NCBI GenBank assembly: GCA_965215265.1 | Contig: OZ244048.1 | Coordinates: forward strand, 1,472,001-1,536,000 | Direction: 5' to 3' | From: Candidatus Poribacteria bacterium | GTDB taxonomy: Bacteria > Poribacteria > WGA-4E > WGA-3G | DNA: 64,000 nucleotides | Shown here: piece after piece, positions 45,955-56,049 of the stretch | Layout: each line of letters starts with the position of its first letter | Position numbering within the stretch: the stretch's first letter is position 1 | Made by a program: the position numbers and the translations under genes | Notes under the pieces: model-generated | Told to the model about the DNA's origin: nothing | Seen by the model: only the letters and a program-made list of their open reading frames with translations | The model's database searches: none

Positions 45955-46874
45955 GGACTTTTATCTCCTATTCCAATAAATGATTTAATTTTGTCGGCAT
46001 CTTTCACAAAATCTGCATCTGCGGATGCTTTTAGGTGACCTAAATGTTTTATGTCATCCAACTCCGAATTCTCTATCAAAGGGTCTACGCGCAAGTAGTT
46101 CTCCTTTAAGAGAAGCTGAACCATATTTTTTGATGCTTGAGACTGCATCGCTAAAATGTATAAGATAATTTTTTTCCGTTCCCATCCGGTAAGAAACCCC
46201 CAATTTCGTTTTTGGGTATATATGTTTTTTGAAGATCCGGTTCCGATAGATAGCATCCGAATCTGATCGATGTTCTTCTTGAATTTTGAGATTGCTTCTG
46301 TTAAGGAAACTATTGACGGATTATTTGCCCATAATCCTCCATCAGTTAGCAGTGTATCATCGACCTTTACTGGGTCAAAGAAAGTGGGAGCAGCACATGA
46401 GGCGAGGATCGCGTCTCTCAAAAGTACATGCGGATCCCTACAGTAAGGTAAACCAAGTTGTTTCAGATACTCTGATTTAAAAACGTAAACCTCACCAGTG
46501 CTTAAATTCGTGCTCATTATCATGAGTGGTTTTGAAATCCCACCAAGCGTCACTGAGGAAAAATACTTATCAAGCACTTTATGAAGAGACTTTTCTAAAT
46601 ACTTACTACGAATCCAGGGATGACGGTACCACTTTTTTCGGAAGATACGTGGACCCTCCGCCTCAAAGAGTTGGACTATCTTTTTCATAGGAATGCCAAT
46701 GGCAGCTGCACCAGCAATAATGGAACCTGTGCTCGTACCAGCAATGAGATTGAAACAATCTTTGATCTGAGTATCAAAAGATTTCTCCATTTTAGCCAGA
46801 ATTTGGGCAGAATATATACCTCGAGTCCCTCCACCATCAAGTGAGAGAATACGAAACGTTTCTTCATTGTTCAT
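45951..46874 (-). CDS. Patatin-like phospholipase (CapV-like CBASS effector)
   Basis: DGGGTRG, GTSTG, AAPTFF, DGGLWANNP; 4-nt ATGA overlap with the CD-NTase. Confidence 0.88.
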   Translation of the reverse strand: MNNEETFRILSLDGGGTRGIYSAQILAKMEKSFDTQIKDCFNLIAGTSTGSIIAGAAAIGIPMKKIVQLFEAEGPRIFRKKWYRHPWIRSKYLEKSLHKVLDKYFSSVTLGGISKPLMIMSTNLSTGEVYVFKSEYLKQLGLPYCRDPHVLLRDAILASCAAPTFFDPVKVDDTLLTDGGLWANNPSIVSLTEAISKFKKNIDQIRMLSIGTGSSKNIYTQKRNWGFLTGWERKKIILYILAMQSQASKNMVQLLLKENYLRVDPLIENSELDDIKHLGHLKASADADFVKDADKIKSFIGIGDKSP

Positions 46875-46955
46875 TGAACGGTGCTCCCTAAGGTAATCTG
46901 CTAGAGATTACAATTCATATCAATAATATATTTCCAGCGAAGTTAATCAACTATT

Positions 46956-47033
46956 TCAGCGCGCATAGATAACCTTCTCATCAAGAACGCTTAACGCTTT
47001 CTGCTCCAAGTTATATGCCTCAGTCCGTTTCCG
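46956..47033 (-). pseudogene. C-terminal gene remnant, possibly a restriction specificity subunit
   Basis: RKRTEAYNLEQKALSVLDEKVIYAR-stop with no nearby start; resembles ends of HsdS-like proteins from memory only. Confidence 0.35.
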
Positions 47034-47157
47034 ATAATAATAGAATTCTTTTGTACAATGATGCAGGTCGTAGCGTTGCGATTTTGCAAGAATAATTATA
47101 TCACAGCAGTAAATTAATATCAAGGAATTTTGACAGTGGGTAATTTGCGATTGACTA

Positions 47158-48144
47158 TTACAGATTAATAAACCTCTGAATTTTTTCGGCTTCCGTCTTA
47201 AAATCGCGATCGGCGAGGTGCTTCAATTCAGCCAGCTGACTAACATCATCTAACTCCCAAAAGTGTATGATGGAGTTAATTCGGAGGTATCTCTCTTTTA
47301 GCAGACGTTGTGCCATCTCTGCGGTTGCCTGCGATTGCACGCTCAAGACGTAAGATGTGATTTTCTGCCCGCCCCATCCGGTGATGAAACCCCAATTCCG
47401 TCTGTTGCGATACATGTTTTGCGAGTGCCCGGTTCCGATCGAAAGAATCTTGATTTTTTCAATTTCTTGTCCGAGCGTTGATATCGCCTCGGTCAACGCT
47501 GCGATGGCGGGATTATTTGCCCAGAAACTTCCGTCTGCGAGTAAGGCTTTGCCCATGAGGTTCGGGTCAAAAAAGGTGGGTGCGGCACAGGATGCGAGCA
47601 CAGCTTGTCGCAACGTCACATTCCTATGAGTTCCGTCTGGGCTGTCTTGGCTGGCGTGTTGCGGTGGCGGGCTCTTCCCCTGTTTTTCCAAATAATTGGA
47701 TCTAAAAAGATAGCTTCCGCCGGTGCTTAGATCCGAGCAGGTTATCATGAGAGGTTTTGAGATTTGGTTGAGGGCTATTGCTGGCAAGTGTGCGGCGAGC
47801 GGTTTTTCAAGTTGTCTTTTTGAGTATCTGCTGAAGAGTAGGGGGTGGCGATACCATTTTTTCCGAAAGATGTGTGGACCTTCCGTCTCAAAGAGTTGTA
47901 CTATCTTTGACATGGGGATGCCGGTGGCGGCTGCGCCACCGATAATTGCGCCGGCACTGGTGCCGGCAATAAAATCGAAGAGTTCTTGAGCGGCAACATG
48001 ATATTTCTGTTCAAGGTTGGCAAGCAATTGGGCGGCATAAATGCCGCGAATGCCGCCGCCGTCGATGGATAGAATATAAAAAACTTTTTCTTCTCGGGTT
48101 GGCGTGTTATCTGGTATCGGTGAAAGTTTGCGATCTTCGCTCAT
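47158..48144 (-). CDS. Second patatin-like phospholipase paralogue
   Basis: DGGGIRG, GTSAG, AAPTFF, DGSFWANNP; shares IFRKKWYRHP with 45951-46874. Confidence 0.88.
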   Translation of the reverse strand: MSEDRKLSPIPDNTPTREEKVFYILSIDGGGIRGIYAAQLLANLEQKYHVAAQELFDFIAGTSAGAIIGGAAATGIPMSKIVQLFETEGPHIFRKKWYRHPLLFSRYSKRQLEKPLAAHLPAIALNQISKPLMITCSDLSTGGSYLFRSNYLEKQGKSPPPQHASQDSPDGTHRNVTLRQAVLASCAAPTFFDPNLMGKALLADGSFWANNPAIAALTEAISTLGQEIEKIKILSIGTGHSQNMYRNRRNWGFITGWGGQKITSYVLSVQSQATAEMAQRLLKERYLRINSIIHFWELDDVSQLAELKHLADRDFKTEAEKIQRFINL

Positions 48145-48497
48145 AATTCTATATTATAACACAGAACCGTAAATTGTGCGAATCGTGGTGGGGGCTCGTT
48201 TCTAAGGGAGGCGATAAATTGTTCTAAGATGAATTTTGTTGATTGCGTGCACAAAGCACGCGCATAAGAGTAGAGGATATCCGCCTGATAAAGCAGGTAA
48301 AAAAACGGAAAACCCAGCCGTTTGAGCCCGTGACCTCCCTTGTCAGACGGAAGATTTTGTGCCTTTTCTGCAATGGCCGGTAGAAACGAGAGAGATAAAA
48401 CTAAATTCACATAGTTCAATAAGACGCACTCTTGACATAAAATGCTGATTTTTGCTAATATGTATCTAAACCACTTGGAGTTGAAGGAGAATAAAAG

Positions 48498-49205
48498 ATG
48501 GATCGGAGAGATTTTATAATCAGAGGTGGGACGGCATTGACGGGCTTGTTGTTTGCGACTTCGCCGTTAGGTCTTTATGCAGCACACCACGAAAGCCATA
48601 CATTGCCGAAGCTGCCTTATGGTTACGATGCTCTAGAGCCGCACATTGACAAGCGGACGATGGAGATTCATCACGGGAAACACCATCAAGGGTATGTCAA
48701 TAAACTAAACGCAGCACTTGACGGTAACGATGACTTGATGCAGATGTCGGTTGAGGCGCTGCTTCGGAATATAGAAAAAGTGCCGAAGGCTATCCGCCAG
48801 GGTGTTATCAATAGCGGTGGAGGCCACGCGAATCATTCGCTTTTCTGGAGCATTATGAGTCCGAACGGCAGTAAGCCGATGGGAAAAGTGGCGGAGGCCA
48901 TCCAAACTACGTTTGGTTCTATTGATGCCGCAAATGAGATGTTCACCAAAGCGGCCACAACGCGCTTCGGATCTGGATGGGCGTGGCTCGTCGTTGATGA
49001 TAAGAAGCATTTGCAGATATATTCGACGGGCAATCAGGATAGTCCGTTGATGGCGGGACATACGCCGATTCTCGGGCTTGATGTTTGGGAGCATGCCTAT
49101 TACCTGAAATATCAGAATCGGCGTGCGGATTACGTGAAAGCGTGGGGGAACGTTGTCAATTGGGAAGCGGTGAATGCTAACTACCTTACGGCAATGAATG
49201 GATAG
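48498..49205 (+). CDS. sodA: Mn/Fe superoxide dismutase with Tat-type signal peptide
   Basis: [28 protein letters not shown]; N-terminal MDRRDFI. Confidence 0.95.
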   Translation: MDRRDFIIRGGTALTGLLFATSPLGLYAAHHESHTLPKLPYGYDALEPHIDKRTMEIHHGKHHQGYVNKLNAALDGNDDLMQMSVEALLRNIEKVPKAIRQGVINSGGGHANHSLFWSIMSPNGSKPMGKVAEAIQTTFGSIDAANEMFTKAATTRFGSGWAWLVVDDKKHLQIYSTGNQDSPLMAGHTPILGLDVWEHAYYLKYQNRRADYVKAWGNVVNWEAVNANYLTAMNG

Positions 49206-49219
49206 TATAAGGAGTTACC

Positions 49220-50356
49220 ATGGAGCGGAGAGATTTTCTAAAACAGAGCGGACTAACGTTTACAGGTCTGTTGCTGAGTCCGTGGGCGGTTTATGCGTTT
49301 CCTCGCCTTGAGGGTGAATTGCTGATTCCATTTTTAGACCCGCCGCCGGAACCGCCGTCAAAGCGCGGACTGCTTGATTGGGAACAACTCAATTCTTTTA
49401 TCACGCCGAACGATAAATTCTTCAATGTTTCGCATTACGGTAAGCCAGAGGTTGACTTGGCGACGTGGCAGTTGGAGGTGAGCGGTTTGGTTGAAAACCC
49501 GTTGATGCTTACACTTGAAGAGATTAAAGCCCGTGCGCGGCAAGAGGTAACGTTTACATTGGAATGCTCGGGGAATCACGGTTTTCCGACTTTTACCGGT
49601 GCGATTGGGAATGCGAAGTGGGCGGGTACACCGCTCGCGCCAATTCTGAAGGAGGCAGGTATTCAAAAAAACGGGATTGAGGTGATTTTCTTTGGGCATG
49701 ATGCTGGAGAAGAAGAACGGCGCGGCATGAAGATGCCCCAGAATTTCGCCCGCAGTCTGTCCGTTCAAGATGCATTAGCGGAGACGAATTTGCTCTGCTA
49801 TGAGATGAACGGTGAACCGTTGCCCCAAGCGAATGGCGCGCCTTTACGCTTGATCGCCCCCGGCTGGTACGGTATTGCTTGTGTGAAGTGGCTCAAACGG
49901 ATTGAAGTGCGAGATACGCGGTTTATGGGACGCTTCATGGGGCGAGACTATGTGACAATTCGCGAAGAAAAACGTGCCGATGGCGAATCAGTGTGGATGG
50001 AAACCTCAGTTGGACGAACGCAGTTAAAATCCGTCGTGGCAAAGGTGACGCGCACCGGTGAGCAATATCGCATCTACGGTGCGGCGTGGGGCACGCCGAT
50101 TGATAAGGTAGAGGTGAGCATTGATAGCGGGGCGTGGCAGAGAGCTACGATAGAGACAACCGAATCGGCTGAATTCGCGTGGAAAATCTGGCACCTCAAT
50201 TGGGAAAATCCATCAAAGGGTGAACATACCGTCGTCTCAAGGGCTATTGATACGCTGGGGAATATTCAACCGGCAGCGGATTCGCCGCATATCATTGGCA
50301 AACGGACTTATTGGGAAAGCAACGGACAGATTGTGCGTCGGATTCATATTGAATAG
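49220..50356 (+). CDS. Tat-exported sulfite oxidase-family molybdoenzyme
   Basis: MERRDFLK, TLECSGN, YEMNGEPLP...GAPLRLIAPGWYG..VKWL. Confidence 0.88.
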   Translation: MERRDFLKQSGLTFTGLLLSPWAVYAFPRLEGELLIPFLDPPPEPPSKRGLLDWEQLNSFITPNDKFFNVSHYGKPEVDLATWQLEVSGLVENPLMLTLEEIKARARQEVTFTLECSGNHGFPTFTGAIGNAKWAGTPLAPILKEAGIQKNGIEVIFFGHDAGEEERRGMKMPQNFARSLSVQDALAETNLLCYEMNGEPLPQANGAPLRLIAPGWYGIACVKWLKRIEVRDTRFMGRFMGRDYVTIREEKRADGESVWMETSVGRTQLKSVVAKVTRTGEQYRIYGAAWGTPIDKVEVSIDSGAWQRATIETTESAEFAWKIWHLNWENPSKGEHTVVSRAIDTLGNIQPAADSPHIIGKRTYWESNGQIVRRIHIE

Positions 50357-50427
50357 CAGAGGGAGCACGGTTTACTCAGCACTTTCTTCATTTAGTTCAT
50401 TTAGATTGTATAGGAGAGTCTATCTCT

Positions 50428-51219
50428 ATGTCAGGACGTGTTACGATTACTGAACAACAGAAACAGCAGTACCGGGAAGAGGGTTATTTTATTTTAGAAA
50501 ATGTTATTCCGGATTCGTTATTGGGGCTGCTGCGTGGCGAATGTGGAACTTTTATCAGCCAGATGGATGCTGAGATGGATAGGCTGAAGACGGATGTTCT
50601 CGGCATCAACCATCGTGACAAGCGATATTTTGTGTCAAACTGTTTCAGGAAGCAGCCGAAACTTCGGGAATTCTTGTTCAGCGAATTGATGGCGGAGATA
50701 TGCCGTGCGACCTTAGGCGATACGGCGTATCTATTCTGGGAGCAATACGTTGTGAAAGGGGCAGAAGCGGGGATGAAGTTTAACTGGCATCAGGACTCCG
50801 GATATGTCGGCTATCCGGACCACAAACCTTATTTAACGTGTTGGTGCGCGCTTGACGATATGTCTGAAGAGAATGGGACAGTCTACGTGATGCCGTTCTC
50901 TCAGATCGGCATCCGTTCTTGGGTGAGGCACATCCGAGAAAAGGGCAGCAACGATATGGTCGGGTATTTCGGGCGAGAAAAAGGCGTACCGGCTATCGTG
51001 CCAGCAGGGAGCATCGTTGCGTTTACGAGCATTAATTTCCACTGTAGCGGTACAAATCGCTCTAATCAGCTGCGCCGCGCTTACCTTGCGCAGTATTCGG
51101 CGGAGCCGCTGCTGTCCCACGATGGTAGCCGTTTGTGGGGCAATGCAGAGCCGTTGTTACGTGCGGGGAAGTCGGCTGTAGGAGAACCTCCTCCGGAGAT
51201 TGTGTCTCGGTTTGATTGA
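50428..51219 (+). CDS. PhyH-family dioxygenase
   Basis: YREEGYF, WHQDSGY, WCALDD, FHCSG. Confidence 0.88.
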   Translation: MSGRVTITEQQKQQYREEGYFILENVIPDSLLGLLRGECGTFISQMDAEMDRLKTDVLGINHRDKRYFVSNCFRKQPKLREFLFSELMAEICRATLGDTAYLFWEQYVVKGAEAGMKFNWHQDSGYVGYPDHKPYLTCWCALDDMSEENGTVYVMPFSQIGIRSWVRHIREKGSNDMVGYFGREKGVPAIVPAGSIVAFTSINFHCSGTNRSNQLRRAYLAQYSAEPLLSHDGSRLWGNAEPLLRAGKSAVGEPPPEIVSRFD

Positions 51220-51235
51220 GTTCTCAGCATCTTAC

Positions 51236-51276
51236 AAAAACCTGTCCTTCATTGCAAGATTGTTGGGCAGGTTTTT
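51236..51276 (+). terminator. Intrinsic terminator
   Basis: AAAAACCTGTCC...GGGCAGGTTTTT after the PhyH stop. Confidence 0.55.
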
Positions 51277-51321
51277 ATTTTTTTTAGGGGCTAGCTAAGC
51301 AGAAAGAGAAAAGCAGTAACC

Positions 51322-51606
51322 ATGACAATTCAAGAATTCCAAAAACAGATTGAAACTATCTATTACGAGCGCGATGCGGAGCGCGGGGTACCACTCACCT
51401 TTACATGGTTCGTTGAGGAAGTTGGGGAATTGGCAAAGGAAATTCGCAAAGCACCACGAGATATAGAGCGGCTTCGTGAAGAGTTTGCCGATGTGTTTGC
51501 TTGGCTTGCGACGTTAGCGAGTCTATTAGAGATAGAGTTAGCGGAGGCGGCCCAAATCTATGCCGACGGCTGCCCGAAGTGCAAAGTTACACCTTGTGCT
51601 TGTTAG
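51322..51606 (+). CDS. MazG-like nucleotide pyrophosphohydrolase
   Basis: WFVEEVGELAK, EEFADVFAWL, C-terminal CPKC..PC.C. Confidence 0.88.
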   Translation: MTIQEFQKQIETIYYERDAERGVPLTFTWFVEEVGELAKEIRKAPRDIERLREEFADVFAWLATLASLLEIELAEAAQIYADGCPKCKVTPCAC

Positions 51607-51780
51607 TGAATGGTGTGGAAGGTGCCCCGATGTAGGGCATCAGGCGGGAATTGAGACGCAAAAAAAGCCTTCGTTGCCATTCTTGTCAGGGACGAGTGAA
51701 GACTAGCACCTCTGTCACCCTTGTGGCGAAGCAGGTTCGGACGTTCGCGCCTATAAAAAGATTGTAATGCCCCTTTATTC

Positions 51781-53055
51781 CTAAGCTGAGTTGGAACTCA
51801 GAAACCGCTCAAAATTCCGACCAAACAGGTTGGCGACATCCCGTTCAATTTCCTCTGAAGTGACTGTCCATCCGGAATCCAGCAGATTTTGATATTTCTC
51901 TACGAGAACGTCTGCGATAATCTGGCGGGAATGCTTCCACTTATAGATGAGCTGATCTAAGATGCGGGCATCAGAATGCTGCGGGATCACGCTCAAACCT
52001 AGCAATTCGATCCGTTCGCGGGTAATTTCCTCTATGATGCTAGGATTGTTCATGAACCACCAACATCCGAATATCATGAGGTTTTTGAATTTTCTGCCGA
52101 TAACGCACAATTCATGCTGGTTTTCACGGGAGAGGAGTGTGACGAGGAATTTGTTATCGGGATTGTCGCGGAGAAGCGCTTCCAGACTGGTTAGATCAGC
52201 TTTACCGGTGCCGTCGCCTGCCATTTTCAGCAGGGGGTTGACGGCACGTTTGACCCCAATCATCAGGGCAAAAGGTACATTAAATTCGCGGGATACCGGC
52301 AAAATGCAGTTATCAAAAAGCCGTCCGAGAATGCCCGGGTGTGGATATTGGAAATCAGGTGGAAGCGAGACAGCCATGTATTTAGGCTGCATCCGTTGGA
52401 TCCAGTTCTCTAAGAATCGGCGGACTTCCTTATATGATTTCTCGCAAGAGAGCTGGGCATCAACCTCGTAACCGAGACTGCACAGGTGTTGATAGGCTGT
52501 CTCTTGGTAGTTGTTGATGAGTACATCCATCCTGAGAGCGGCTTGGAAGCGTGGATCCTCGGTGTCTGGAGATGCCCATACAGGTGCCTCTGCTGCGTCG
52601 AACGGGTCATTTGTCATCACAACCTGCTTGACTTTTGCACGTTCAAATACGGTGTCAATAAAGGCTTCAACGGTGGTATCAGCAAAGTAATTGCGATAGT
52701 CGTGAAGGTTGCGTGTACTGACATCTAGTCCAAGTTGGTTCAACGTAGTGATGACCCCACGGCACGCTTCACTCAGTGGAGAGTTTTCGATGAACAAGGT
52801 TTGCCAAATCAGTTCGGCTTGTGTAGGCTTTGACATTGCCCAAAATTCATTGTATGAGACATCAGTTTTGCGGAATACCTCCGCGATGAGATAGTGATAG
52901 GTTAGCAGTTCATCAATTCCCCAGAGCAACAGTTCTCCAAAGGGTGGGCTAAAGAGATGTGTGTGAATATCTGTGACGTTTTGTGAGTTAACTGCGTGAA
53001 GGACGTTAGTTCTGAGTTCAGCTGCGGTTTCAATTTTTGGTTGCGTAGCGTTCAT
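51781..53055 (-). CDS. uxaC: Uronate (glucuronate) isomerase, amidohydrolase superfamily
   Basis: DIHTHL, LLTYHYL, FGCWWF, QHSDARILDQLIYKW. Confidence 0.85.
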   Translation of the reverse strand: MNATQPKIETAAELRTNVLHAVNSQNVTDIHTHLFSPPFGELLLWGIDELLTYHYLIAEVFRKTDVSYNEFWAMSKPTQAELIWQTLFIENSPLSEACRGVITTLNQLGLDVSTRNLHDYRNYFADTTVEAFIDTVFERAKVKQVVMTNDPFDAAEAPVWASPDTEDPRFQAALRMDVLINNYQETAYQHLCSLGYEVDAQLSCEKSYKEVRRFLENWIQRMQPKYMAVSLPPDFQYPHPGILGRLFDNCILPVSREFNVPFALMIGVKRAVNPLLKMAGDGTGKADLTSLEALLRDNPDNKFLVTLLSRENQHELCVIGRKFKNLMIFGCWWFMNNPSIIEEITRERIELLGLSVIPQHSDARILDQLIYKWKHSRQIIADVLVEKYQNLLDSGWTVTSEEIERDVANLFGRNFERFLSSNSA

Positions 53056-53061
53056 GATGTC

Positions 53062-53526
53062 TCACTCTTCCGTATGCGCGCTGTTGCAGCGAGCGCGTAT
53101 AAAATTAACGACCGGCTCAGGCGGGTACGTCCCAAATCGGACGTAAACACCGCGGAAGTTTTCCAGTCGGGTCGGTTTCGAAAAAGGACTGAGCAAAATC
53201 CCGTTTTTGTCGACGTAAAGGCTCCGGAAAGCGGTCCAGGGCTTCTCTAATCGATAACAACATGCGGTGACAATAAGTGCATCCGTCTCGCATCGGTAGT
53301 GAAAGGGCAGAAAATACTTGTACAACGATCCGGTGAGGAACAGTGTAGAGAGGAACGCGACAGCAACGGACTGGAATCCCCAATAAATAAAGGCGATGAG
53401 GGAGCAGAGTAGAATTACTGTTAGGACGGTTTTCGTCCAATTTTCGACGAGGGGATGCACTGTCCATGAAAGGGGTTCAAGCGTTTCATCAAGCATCGCG
53501 TTCCTGATCAAATTCTCCGTGTGCAA
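53062..53526 (-). CDS. Hypothetical two-TM membrane protein
   Basis: Two hydrophobic segments; LSPF..PTRLENFRG; co-oriented downstream of secG; start may be 53496. Confidence 0.7.
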   Translation of the reverse strand: MHTENLIRNAMLDETLEPLSWTVHPLVENWTKTVLTVILLCSLIAFIYWGFQSVAVAFLSTLFLTGSLYKYFLPFHYRCETDALIVTACCYRLEKPWTAFRSLYVDKNGILLSPFSKPTRLENFRGVYVRFGTYPPEPVVNFIRARCNSAHTEE

Positions 53527-53538
53527 AGTTTGGCATGT

Positions 53539-53958
53539 CTATTCGGTGTCGTCTGCGGTGCCTCCATCGATCTGAGTTTTTGATTCTTGTCCTGTAGCGT
53601 TCTGCCCTTCTTCAGCGGGCGTTTCGTCAGTAGTTTCAACAGTGGTATCGAGGGGTTCCGGCACGGTTCCTTGTTGGGTCTGTTCCTGTTCAATGGGTGT
53701 AAGTACCCGGCCGCCCTCTTCGCCATAAAAGCGCATGAGGAAAAGCGAAATAACCATGAAGGCGACAGCGAACCAGGTGGTGAGTTTGCCGAGGAAGGTT
53801 GCGGCACCCCTGCCGCCTAGGACAGACTCTATTCCTGCGCCGCCAAACGCGCTTGATGAAAGTCCTTCGCCTTTGCTATCCTGTAATAGGATGACCACGG
53901 TAAGAATAACGCAGACTGGGACGAAGAGAAAAACTGCAAAATTAATTATAATTCCCAT
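53539..53958 (-). CDS. secG: Preprotein translocase SecG
   Basis: VILLQDSKGEGL...FGG...FLGKLT; follows tpiA. Confidence 0.93.
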   Translation of the reverse strand: MGIIINFAVFLFVPVCVILTVVILLQDSKGEGLSSSAFGGAGIESVLGGRGAATFLGKLTTWFAVAFMVISLFLMRFYGEEGGRVLTPIEQEQTQQGTVPEPLDTTVETTDETPAEEGQNATGQESKTQIDGGTADDTE

Positions 53959-54016
53959 GAGATATTCCTTATATTAAGAGCGGCGGCTCTTTCTGTATGC
54001 CGCCTCGGTAATCTGA

Positions 54017-54790
54017 TTAGTTGTTGTTTGCAGCGGCTGCACTCTCTTTCACAATTTGTGCGAACGATGCGGCTTCAAGGCTAGCACCGCCGACGAGGGC
54101 CCCGTCGACATCTGGTTGCGCTATGAGTTCGGCTGCGTTCTCTGGTTTAACACTGCCACCGTATTGAATGCATATCTGCTGGGCAATATCATCAGAGCCG
54201 ACTGTTGTGAGCAATTCGCGGATAAATTTGTGAGTTTCCTGGGCCTGTGCCGGTGTAGCGGTTTTGCCTGTGCCGATAGCCCAAACTGGTTCGTACGCGA
54301 TGACAATAGAGAGTAATTCTGTGCTGGTCAATCCGACGGTCGCGCCTGCGACGTGTGCTGCAATCACGGCTTCGGTTTTGCCGGCTGCTCGTTCTTCAAG
54401 TTTTTCGCCGACACAGATGATCGGTGTTAACTTGTGCGCGAGCGCCGCCTTCACTTTGCGATTGACGTTTTCATTAGTTTCTCCGAAGTATTGTCTCCGT
54501 TCTGAATGCCCGATGATAACGTACTGACATCCGACATCTTTCAGCATTTCAGGTGAGACTTCTCCAGTAAATGCCCCGCTGGTTTCCCAATAGACATCTT
54601 GTGCGGCAAGGTGGATATTACTGAATGTTATCGTCCTATTGACTGCGGCGAGCGCGGTAAATGGCGGTGCGACTACAATCTCAACGTCCGTGGCCCCGGC
54701 AACGAGTTGCTTTAATTCCGTCGTCAACAGTACAGCCTCTGTAACCGTTTTGTTCAGTTTCCAATTTCCAGCGATGATAGGTTTTCTCAT
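54017..54790 (-). CDS. tpiA: Triosephosphate isomerase
   Basis: [34 protein letters not shown]. Confidence 0.98.
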   Translation of the reverse strand: MRKPIIAGNWKLNKTVTEAVLLTTELKQLVAGATDVEIVVAPPFTALAAVNRTITFSNIHLAAQDVYWETSGAFTGEVSPEMLKDVGCQYVIIGHSERRQYFGETNENVNRKVKAALAHKLTPIICVGEKLEERAAGKTEAVIAAHVAGATVGLTSTELLSIVIAYEPVWAIGTGKTATPAQAQETHKFIRELLTTVGSDDIAQQICIQYGGSVKPENAAELIAQPDVDGALVGGASLEAASFAQIVKESAAAANNN

Positions 54791-54839
54791 AAACCTCCCC
54801 AAATTTTCAATTTTTCTATGTCAATGGCAATGCGCCGCG

Positions 54840-55844
54840 TTATAGGACTCGGGCGACGAGTTCAACGAGGCGATTGGAATAGCCCCATTCGTTATCGTAC
54901 CAGGATAAGACCTTGATTAGGCCACCTTCAATGACTTTGGTGAAAGGGGCATCGAACACAGAGGAGAGTTTGTTTCCGTTGAAATCAGATGAAACGAGGT
55001 CGAGGTCGGAATAGCCGAGAATTCCATCCAGGTTATTTTCGGCCGCGGCTTTGACAGCGGAATTGACCTCGTCTACGTCGGGGTTCTGCTTTAAATCTAC
55101 GGTGAGGTCTACGACAGAGACGTTGGGTGTCGGGACGCGTATTGCGAATCCATCAAGTTTTCCGTTGAGTTCAGGGAGTACTTTTCCGACTGCGACAGCG
55201 GCGCCGGTTGTGGTTGGGATCATTGATAGAGTTGCGGCACGTGCGCGTCGCATATCCGAGTGCGGAAAATCGTGAACGCGCTGGTCACCTGTGTAGGCGT
55301 GTACCGTGGTCATCAAGCCGCTTTCAATTCCAAAGGATTCATGGAGGACTTTCGCAACAGGAGCTAAGCAGTTTGTGGTGCAAGATGCATTGGAAATGAC
55401 GTGATGATTCGCGGTATCGTATTTGTCATCGTTCACGCCGAGAACGATAGTGATGTCTTCACCTTTCGCAGGTGCGGAGATAACGACTTTCTTCGCCCCG
55501 CCGGCGGTGATATGCTTTTCGGCATCCTCGCGCGCTGTGAAGAAACCTGTGGATTCAATGACAACGTCAACGCCGAGCTCACCCCAGGGCAGATTGCCGG
55601 GGTCGCGTTCCGCCAGTACACGAATTTCCTTTCCGTTGACGACCAGCCCGTTGTCAGTTGCCGAGATGTCATCCGACAAGATACCATGGATAGAATCATA
55701 CTGGAGCAGATGCGCCAGTGTTTCAGGGTTCGTTAAATCGTTCACAGCCACAAAATTTATATCGAGTGCCGGATTCTGTAAGGCGGCTCTAAACGCATTA
55801 CGCCCAATCCGACCAAAACCGTTGATACCTACTTTAGTTGGCAT
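54840..55844 (-). CDS. gap: Glyceraldehyde-3-phosphate dehydrogenase
   Basis: [26 protein letters not shown]. Confidence 0.98.
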   Translation of the reverse strand: MPTKVGINGFGRIGRNAFRAALQNPALDINFVAVNDLTNPETLAHLLQYDSIHGILSDDISATDNGLVVNGKEIRVLAERDPGNLPWGELGVDVVIESTGFFTAREDAEKHITAGGAKKVVISAPAKGEDITIVLGVNDDKYDTANHHVISNASCTTNCLAPVAKVLHESFGIESGLMTTVHAYTGDQRVHDFPHSDMRRARAATLSMIPTTTGAAVAVGKVLPELNGKLDGFAIRVPTPNVSVVDLTVDLKQNPDVDEVNSAVKAAAENNLDGILGYSDLDLVSSDFNGNKLSSVFDAPFTKVIEGGLIKVLSWYDNEWGYSNRLVELVARVL

Positions 55845-56049
55845 AACCTCAATACACTCTCCTTTATAGTTTGAATCCACTTTATTAATAGTTTACCCTA
55901 TTTTATGTTCGTTTTTGTCAAGAGAAACCGGATCCATTAGCTTTTATCTTAATTATACCATGTTATGCGATGAATTGCAAGTGAGATTTGCGGATGCAGG
56001 CAAAATGCCTATTGACATTTTACAACGTTTGGTATATCCTATTGCTATC

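Noticed and set aside
51607-51780. Possible tRNA or ncRNA between mazG-like and uxaC
   Set aside because: Only a short hairpin; no cloverleaf or recognisable family.
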